From Minisyncoccota bacterium (GTDB taxonomy: Bacteria > Patescibacteriota > Minisyncoccia > Phycocordibacterales > UBA9973): DNA of 64,000 bases. The stretch is from positions 117,298 through 181,297 of the forward strand of contig JBAZQY010000001.1 in assembly GCA_041663185.1 (NCBI GenBank). Reading direction: 5' to 3'. Position 1 is the first letter of the stretch; each line of letters starts with the position of its first letter. Of this stretch, positions 58,501-64,000 are shown piece after piece. The notes beneath the pieces are model-generated. The model saw only the letters and a list, made by a program, of their open reading frames with translations, ran no database searches and was not told where the DNA came from. A program made the position numbers and the translations under genes.

Positions 58501-59717
58501 GCCGTTGTTGGATTTGGGGCAGAAGCGATAAGATCAGCGACGGTTGCAGTACATTTTGCTCCATCCCAACTACTCCCCGTAGCACAATTCAAAGTAATCG
58601 TCTGACTTGCAAGATCATTCGAGGCATAAGTTGGATTGTTTAGTGTATTATTTTGTCCATCAACTCTATTTTTAGAAATTAAAGTTCCTGTTCCGCTAGT
58701 TGCTCCTAGTGGAATTACACCAATTCCAGAAAGAGTTACGAGACTAGAGTTTCCTGAGGTTCCAACAGTACTATTATTACCGTTCCAAACAAAAGTATTG
58801 TAATTATCTTTCGGACTAGTTGTTGTCCAATTCATAGAAATCTGACAACTATTGCCATTAGCTGGAATTATACAAGAAGATGATCCAGCCGGAACCAGAG
58901 TTCCAGATTGTCCTTGAACATTTTCTGTGGAACTTGAAAAAATAGGATTTGATATATCAGGACCACATTTTAATTGGAAAAGGTTTGTATCGTTCTGGTT
59001 TAGAACATCTATATTTTGATTAAAAACAAAAGACGAAAAAGGAAGAAGGGCTTCCGTTGCACCTGAAGGAAGCACTTTAAATGCTGTAGTTCCACTATTT
59101 TTCAATACACAACTATCTCCTGTAGGGAAATCCCATGCAGTAACAGTCAAATATGCTGTCCCTATACCAGAGGTGTTAGAATCATTCTTCTTTACTATAT
59201 TTTTAATTCGAGTTTGATCTTTTGAAAGAGAAACTGCTGCTACCAAAACCGTAGCTTCTCCAGAAATTGAGCCGTTGGAGCCAGTACAAACTATAGGGTA
59301 AGAAGTGTGTTCTGTAGGGCTCACAGAAATACTTCCTCCTGTCGCAGTAGAACCGAGTACTCCCGTATCACAACTATCAGCACCAACTGATGACCAAGTA
59401 ATAGTTGAATTTTGTCCAGGATATATATATGCCGGGTTTGCAGTAACATTAATATCCATTCCTTCACCCCCGCCACCATTATTATCACCTATCCATTGGC
59501 ACCATGTTGCTTTGTTTAAATGGTAATATGGGTCTTGGTCACATTCAATGTCTGTATGGCGATTTGTGCAATGTTCATTTTCCTGATGAAATGGTTCCGT
59601 GTCTGGAACAGTATAATCAACAGTACAATATCCTTCTGCATTAACAATCGAACTTGAACTCAAAAAAATAGTAAAAATAAAGACAAACAATAAAAGAGAA
59701 TATTTAAATAGTTTCAT
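55554..59717 (-). CDS. Large secreted adhesin-like protein with six CARDB-like Ig repeats and a thrombospondin type-1 domain
   Basis: Signal peptide; 6x DL.AS/TS..TNQG..RVCAD..ESNE.NNC; DGGWS..WSACSVPCGGGTQ..RTCTNP.PQNGG..C..CN.QAC. Confidence 0.85.
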   Translation of the reverse strand: MKLFKYSLLLFVFIFTIFLSSSSIVNAEGYCTVDYTVPDTEPFHQENEHCTNRHTDIECDQDPYYHLNKATWCQWIGDNNGGGGEGMDINVTANPAYIYPGQNSTITWSSVGADSCDTGVLGSTATGGSISVSPTEHTSYPIVCTGSNGSISGEATVLVAAVSLSKDQTRIKNIVKKNDSNTSGIGTAYLTVTAWDFPTGDSCVLKNSGTTAFKVLPSGATEALLPFSSFVFNQNIDVLNQNDTNLFQLKCGPDISNPIFSSSTENVQGQSGTLVPAGSSSCIIPANGNSCQISMNWTTTSPKDNYNTFVWNGNNSTVGTSGNSSLVTLSGIGVIPLGATSGTGTLISKNRVDGQNNTLNNPTYASNDLASQTITLNCATGSSWDGAKCTATVADLIASAPNPTTAVPGVYKTFSAVITNQGQGSTERSFANKFQTSTLPNGEGTITDYAVSPNMDILLGGESNATSKSIKFNTAGEYGMRVCADLPPVSPGTIDNESDEGNNCSSWTTITVASGSLPDLIASTPTPTTASPGTTTFYSTITNQGNASTLSTFTNVFQTATSIGDNGPEGVVNYVTSSTSILASGASTTTQRSINFSAGAYYMRVCADKNMSMNGSEPESNEGNNCSSPWIMITVTSPVGPPDLVASAPSPTMALPNIAKTYSSTITNQGGGSTGSGFSNLFQTATGFDGDNNPLGLINYPVNVSPLMSALGPGSSTPTSKSITFNTAGTYYMRVCADLPPDNPGTITNEYNENNNCSPWTAITVALFGGQPDLIASTPIPTVAQTGVSTTFYSTITNRGIASTGGSFANKFQTRNSIGVVVDYPVLGAPMSPLGPGATAVTSRAITFSLAGTYDIQACADMPPNNPGTITIESNEGNNCSGWTSITVGGSLPDLITSSITPTTALVGVDTPFSVTISNIGTAGTVIGFKNLVQMTNSPSGFNAPDDVGVIATIALASGETRVLTKNYKFTQAGIYYMRVCADKDSASNYGVVGESSESNNCGEWTMITVPGTMSGPDLIASSPTPTTVSPGVSTLFSSTITNQGNASTVNKFTNLFQLSTLPNGNGIVTDYPVIPEMNALAQGASATTSRAFTFNVGTYYMRVCADKSSQIDTGDIPESNELNNCSGEWTTITVSNDMSGTLLPFNPTCFIPLNGTSCTQTLTWTTINPIGTSAVTSPTGIPSPVNGNNGSQSFTVPHNDLGVNFFLYNSEILLAQTNVTTACVLGTDWDGAKCAVIPIDGGWSICGAGDWSACSVPCGGGTQTCIRTCTNPVPQNGGADCPPPAEMTQICNTQACSGGGGAVTVDLSATKPIIFKGKSSDLVWTSTGATSCTGDVFETGGATSGSTTVFPLTTTTYTITCTDGGSLAQAQDTQKITVINPIIIEN

Positions 59718-59900
59718 ACTTATCTAGCCATAGCTATTTGCGTAGGCGAATTAATTTAATAATGATGTCAAAAACTAAATTTATTTAGTTATGTAAATTA
59801 TACCATAAAATGTAATACAAAAATATAAAGAGTAGTTATCCACAAATAAAAAAGAGGCTACTTTATAAAAGCAGCCTCAAAGTTACTAACAAAAATCTAT

Positions 59901-60863
59901 CTAATTATGGATACGTATAAATGTTTCCCTTGTCATCAGTTGAGCCCCCAGCGGATGATATTGCCAGACCAAAGTATCTGAAGAAAGAGAAACAATTTCA
60001 CGAGTATCAATGTTACCATTGTTACTAAGAATCAATGTGTTTCCTTCTAAAGACCAATTGAATTCGGCCATTGTGGGTTCAGTACCACATTTAATTTCTC
60101 CAAAATTCGCTATCATTCTTGAATCCGGACAATATGTAGTTGTGTCATCAGAAAAACAAAGTCTCGGTTCTCCAGGCACCCATTCGTTCCCAGGAGGAAC
60201 CTCGAAATATATTGCCGATATTCCTCCCCATGAGCCCATTTTGGAAGAGATAGTATCAGCTCTTGTTGGAGCATTAACTGTGATGGAAACACTACATCTC
60301 CCTTCTTCAACACCATTATTATAACCAATGGCATCATAGGTTTTGGAAGCATCCAAAAGTGGTGTCTCAATGGTATCACTGGAAGAACTGTTCCAGTTCC
60401 AACCCTCTATGTTGGTCCAAATGGAGTCACAACCATAACTTTCGATTGTGATTGAAGTAGCTGTCCGCCAGGGAATCTGAGTACTTGAAGCACTCATCTT
60501 AAGTGGCAGGTGGCCAAACACGTAGCATATTTTTTCTACACTTATCGGGATACGTTCGTCCCAATAAAATGTAATCGTGACGGAGCTCATACCCTCTTCT
60601 GCCATAATGACAGTGGTGGTATCTTGTAACGGGTCTTTGTCGAATATTGTATCTCCGGTGGGGAATACAACGCTCACCCTGTCAGCACCGTTTGATGAGA
60701 ATGGGATACTAATCACTTTTCCTACCATTCCATGCACCTGGCTGGGAACGTTAGTGATTTTATATTTTTGTGTATCTTCATTCGGAGGACTTTCTTTCTC
60801 GCATCCTGTTAAAAACCACAGGGAAAGAGAAAAGACGATTATCAGAAAAGTCTTGGTCTTCAT
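59901..60863 (-). CDS. Putative lipoprotein (Bacteroidota-like, C-terminal lipocalin-like region)
   Basis: MKTK..FLTG|CEKE lipobox; own promoter, hairpin leader and terminator. Confidence 0.65.
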   Translation of the reverse strand: MKTKTFLIIVFSLSLWFLTGCEKESPPNEDTQKYKITNVPSQVHGMVGKVISIPFSSNGADRVSVVFPTGDTIFDKDPLQDTTTVIMAEEGMSSVTITFYWDERIPISVEKICYVFGHLPLKMSASSTQIPWRTATSITIESYGCDSIWTNIEGWNWNSSSSDTIETPLLDASKTYDAIGYNNGVEEGRCSVSITVNAPTRADTISSKMGSWGGISAIYFEVPPGNEWVPGEPRLCFSDDTTTYCPDSRMIANFGEIKCGTEPTMAEFNWSLEGNTLILSNNGNIDTREIVSLSSDTLVWQYHPLGAQLMTRETFIRIHN

Positions 60864-61031
60864 ATTGTTCAGTTTTTTGTTTTTTTGTGAATAGGTTAAT
60901 TTATATTTATCCCGACAAACCCTTATTTCTCAAGATAAATATAAATTAACCCGAACAAAGTACTTACCCATATTATCCTACTTTACTAGAGGTTTTGTCA
61001 AGGAGTTATCCCCATTTTATCCCCACCCACA

Positions 61032-61058
61032 ATATAGCGAAGTCCGACTTCACTATAT
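61032..61058. repeat. REP palindrome downstream of RAYT
   Basis: ATATAGCGAAGTCCGACTTCACTATAT. Confidence 0.75.
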
Positions 61059-61790
61059 CTATTCCATATCTAAAATAACCTCTTGTGGTAAATTTTCATT
61101 ATTTTTTAAATTAAATGATTCAATCCAATTTAAAATTTCCTTTTTCTGTTTTTCTTCACCCCCTAATCTATGTAATAAAAAATCTTTTTTAATTATCGAT
61201 GGAAAATTTTTTTGACCAACATAGTCCAAATAACTGCTCCATCTGTATTTATTCAAAAAATCAATAGCTTTTTCGAGATCATTAATTTTTCCCTCTCTCC
61301 ACTCTTTAAATTTATAATCAAGCGGATTTAAGTGGATATATATCGGTAAATACATCAAATGTGAATCTTTTTTTAGATTGACTGATTTAAATTTCCCCTG
61401 AAAAAGTGCCCCAGTTCTTTCATATTTTTTATTAAAATAATTTGTATATCCAGTTCCTAATTTCCGCATGAATTCTGTAATTCCATTTTCTGTCTTTTGT
61501 CTAACCATCAAATGAAAATGATTATCCATCAAACAATAAGCCAAAATCTCCACCAATACTTCCCTAGGTTTTCTCGTAATATTAGGAAGTCCGACTTCCT
61601 TAAGTTTATTATTTTTTGACTTGAGGTATAAAGCTAAGTTAATTGTTGGGTTCTTATCATTAAACTCAAATAAATCGTGAACGAAGCGAAATCTATCATC
61701 GTCATCCATGAAAATATTGCGTTTATCTACACCTCTATTATAAATATGATAGATTTCTCCAAAAACTAAATGTGTTTTTCTTAATGACAT
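61059..61790 (-). mobile_element. REP-associated tyrosine transposase (RAYT, Y1/HUH)
   Basis: YHIYNRG, AYCLMDNHFHL (HUH), YFNKKYER.G.LFQG, YIHLNP, YRWSSY; flanked by REPs. Confidence 0.9.
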
Positions 61791-61813
61791 AATTGTATTA
61801 TATCACCAAAAAC

Positions 61814-61844
61814 AAACTATAGGAAGTCGGACTTCCTATAGTTT
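61814..61844. repeat. REP palindrome upstream of RAYT
   Basis: AAACTATAGGAAGTCGGACTTCCTATAGTTT. Confidence 0.8.
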
Positions 61845-62026
61845 TAAATTTGACCGCGAAGACACTTTATAGTAGTATTTATTTTGTAAGTCCGTTCTCG
61901 AACCGGACTTTTATTTTTATCAGCCCTCGCACAGAGCCACGGCTAGATGAAAGGAAAATTATAATTTAATAAAAAGGTATTCGGATTTTAGCTAGCACCT
62001 AGAAACTGGAACCTAGAAACTAATCT

Positions 62027-63211
62027 ATGTTAGATTTAAAAACAATGAAGTCGGCCCTCGAGCAACTCGAGCAGGAAAGAAAAATTCCTCGCGAAAAAAT
62101 AATCGACGCTATCGAACAAGCTCTGGCTGCCGCCTATAAAAAAGATTACGGGAAAAAAGGTCAAATCATTCGCGCCAAGATAGATATTGAAACTGGCGTG
62201 ATGGAATTTTATCAAATCAAAATTGTTGTCGACGATACACTAGTTCGGATGACTGAAGAAGACGAGGAAGAAGAAATCGCTGAAGACGATGAGAGAGTTC
62301 GTTTCAACGAGGAACATCATATCCTGATCGAAGATGCAAAAAAAATAAAAAAGAATGTTGTACCTGGAGAAGAATTAGTCTTCCCTCTTGAAAATAAAGA
62401 TGATTACGGCCGTATCGCTGCTCAAACCGCCAAACAAGTTATTATTCAAAAAATTCGCGAAGCAGAACGTGGAGCGATTATTGATGAATATGGAAATAAA
62501 GAAGGAGAAATAATAAATGGCTTCGTTTCAAAAGTAGAAAGGGGAATTGTTTATATTGATTTCAATCGGGCAACAGGAATTATTTTACCTGAAGAACAAA
62601 TCCCTGGCGAATTCTATCGCCGTGGCGATAGAATTCGCGCCTATTTATATTCCGTCGAAGAAACTCCCCGTGGCGTAAATCTTAAACTTTCACGAACTCA
62701 TCCTGAACTTATTGATGGATTATTCGCCATGGAAGCCCCAGAAATTGCTTCGGGTGTTGTCGAAATAAAATCAATCGCCCGTGAAGCTGGAAGTCGTTCA
62801 AAGATCGCAGTTTTCTCAAATGATGAGCATGTTGACCCTGTCGGTTCATGTGTCGGACAAAAAGGTGTTCGCGTCACAACTGTCATGAGTGAATTAAATG
62901 GTGAAAAAATAGATATTATTCCTTGGTCCGCCGACCCAGAAAGTTATATTGCAAGTGCTATTTCTCCAGCCAATGTTCTTTCTATTGATGTAAATGAAAA
63001 TGAACACAAGGCCGTAATTGAAGTTGCAAATGATCAACTCTCTCTTGCCATCGGAAAGGGTGGACAAAATGTCCGCCTAGCTGCCAAACTTACTGGTTGG
63101 AGAATAGATATAAAAAGTACAGAAGGAAAAATTGAAACCTCTGGAGAAATTGCCGATAGTGATGTTATACTAGATGATGGTATTGTTGATGATGGTACTG
63201 ATGATAAGTAA
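62027..63211 (+). CDS. nusA: Transcription termination/antitermination factor NusA
   Basis: GRIAAQTAKQVIIQK, AREAGSRSKIAV, DPVGSCVG, LSLAIGKGGQNVRLA. Confidence 0.97.
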   Translation: MLDLKTMKSALEQLEQERKIPREKIIDAIEQALAAAYKKDYGKKGQIIRAKIDIETGVMEFYQIKIVVDDTLVRMTEEDEEEEIAEDDERVRFNEEHHILIEDAKKIKKNVVPGEELVFPLENKDDYGRIAAQTAKQVIIQKIREAERGAIIDEYGNKEGEIINGFVSKVERGIVYIDFNRATGIILPEEQIPGEFYRRGDRIRAYLYSVEETPRGVNLKLSRTHPELIDGLFAMEAPEIASGVVEIKSIAREAGSRSKIAVFSNDEHVDPVGSCVGQKGVRVTTVMSELNGEKIDIIPWSADPESYIASAISPANVLSIDVNENEHKAVIEVANDQLSLAIGKGGQNVRLAAKLTGWRIDIKSTEGKIETSGEIADSDVILDDGIVDDGTDDK

Positions 63212-63365
63212 TTAGTAGTAGGTAGAAAGTAGCAGGTAGTAAGAAAAAGAATTTGGAATTTCCCTTACTACTTACTACATATTACTTGCTACATTATTAA
63301 AAAGGTCAAATTATTATAAATAAAAAATTCTAGTAGCTAATATTTAGTTACTAAAAGCTAATCAG

Positions 63366-64000
63366 ATGAATCCTTTCATTATATTCGCATTAGTTTCCTC
63401 AGTTATCGCAATTGTTTACGGTTTGTTTTTAATTAGAGTCGTCATGAAAAAGGGCACAGGTGATGCCAAAATGCAAAGTATTGCTCTTGCAATTCAGCAA
63501 GGAGCCAAAGCATATTTGAATCGCCAATACAAAACAATCGGCATCATTGCTGTTGTTTTATTCTTAATTATCGGTTTCGTCCCAATGCTTGGCTGGATGA
63601 TGGCCATTAGCTTCTTGGTTGGAGCAATACTCTCTGCACTGGCTGGATACATCGGTATGAATGTTTCCGTCCGTGCAAATGTTCGTACAACTGAAGAAGC
63701 AAAGAAGGGATTAAAAGAAGCTCTTGGTCTTGCCTTCAAAGGTGGAACTGTCACTGGACTTCTCGTTGTTGGACTTGCACTTCTCGGAGTTACTTTATTT
63801 TATATAATCGCTGACAAATTTGTCGGAGCTGGAGCTGTCCGCTCTCTTATCGGACTTTCATTCGGTGCCAGTTTGATTTCGGTTTTCGCTCGACTTGGTG
63901 GAGGAATATTTACCAAGGCCGCTGATGTCGGAGCTGACCTTGTCGGAAAAGTTGAAGCTGGAATTCCTGAAGATGATCCTCGTAATCCTGCTGTCATTGC
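63366..64000 (+). CDS. hppA: Membrane-bound Na+/H+-translocating pyrophosphatase (partial, runs off window)
   Basis: Not in ORF track; [54 protein letters not shown] signature. Confidence 0.93.
   Translation, partial: MNPFIIFALVSSVIAIVYGLFLIRVVMKKGTGDAKMQSIALAIQQGAKAYLNRQYKTIGIIAVVLFLIIGFVPMLGWMMAISFLVGAILSALAGYIGMNVSVRANVRTTEEAKKGLKEALGLAFKGGTVTGLLVVGLALLGVTLFYIIADKFVGAGAVRSLIGLSFGASLISVFARLGGGIFTKAADVGADLVGKVEAGIPEDDPRNPAVI

Noticed and set aside
3308-59845. DnaA boxes (TGTGGATAA about 3308, TTATCCACA about 59836) as oriC
   Set aside because: Isolated single boxes, no cluster, no dnaA/dnaN nearby
63494-63997. Minus-strand ORFs at the window end
   Set aside because: Antisense shadows of hppA
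1-64000. UGA recoding (code 25)
   Set aside because: Conserved genes read full length in code 11 without internal TGA

Overview
Low-GC bacterial chromosome segment with the hallmarks of a Patescibacteria/CPR (Parcubacteria, probably Nomurabacteria-like) genome. It uses genetic code 11, appears to have mostly leaderless genes, lacks uL30 and uL29 in the S10-spc cluster, and encodes tRNA-Ile(UAU). Gene content, in order: a type IV pilus/competence cluster (pilins, pilD, pilC/T/B/O/N/M, comF), an ATP-grasp protein, a Bacteroidota-type DksA, two divergent tRNA-Ser genes (rare ACT, and GCT) flanking a free-standing HTH-LAGLIDADG gene, a two-component pair, recG, ftsH, smpB-ssrA, a phosphohexomutase, infC-rpmI-rplT, a beta-CASP nuclease, CYTH, ndk, a VirD4/TraD-like ATPase, map, a frameshifted Cys-rich CPR protein, a PaaX/Cas2-like gene, pyrH, adk, secY, the tuf-S10-spc cluster, a 1387-aa CARDB/TSP1 surface protein, a RAYT transposase with REPs, nusA and partial hppA. 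The most interesting signals are non-coding. (1) A wHTH-Cas2-fold gene is bracketed by two spaced palindromes (RTAAC-N6-WGACGRYCGTCT-N6-GTTAY), with a perfect solo copy 12 kb away. (2) Foreign-looking single-gene cassettes share a promoter + boxA-like + long hairpin leader. (3) A promoter-delimited ~150-nt rod-shaped ncRNA (6S-like). (4) Several families of palindromic elements with conserved cores, one inserted in-frame in an enzyme. All calls were made by reading the sequence; no database searches were run.
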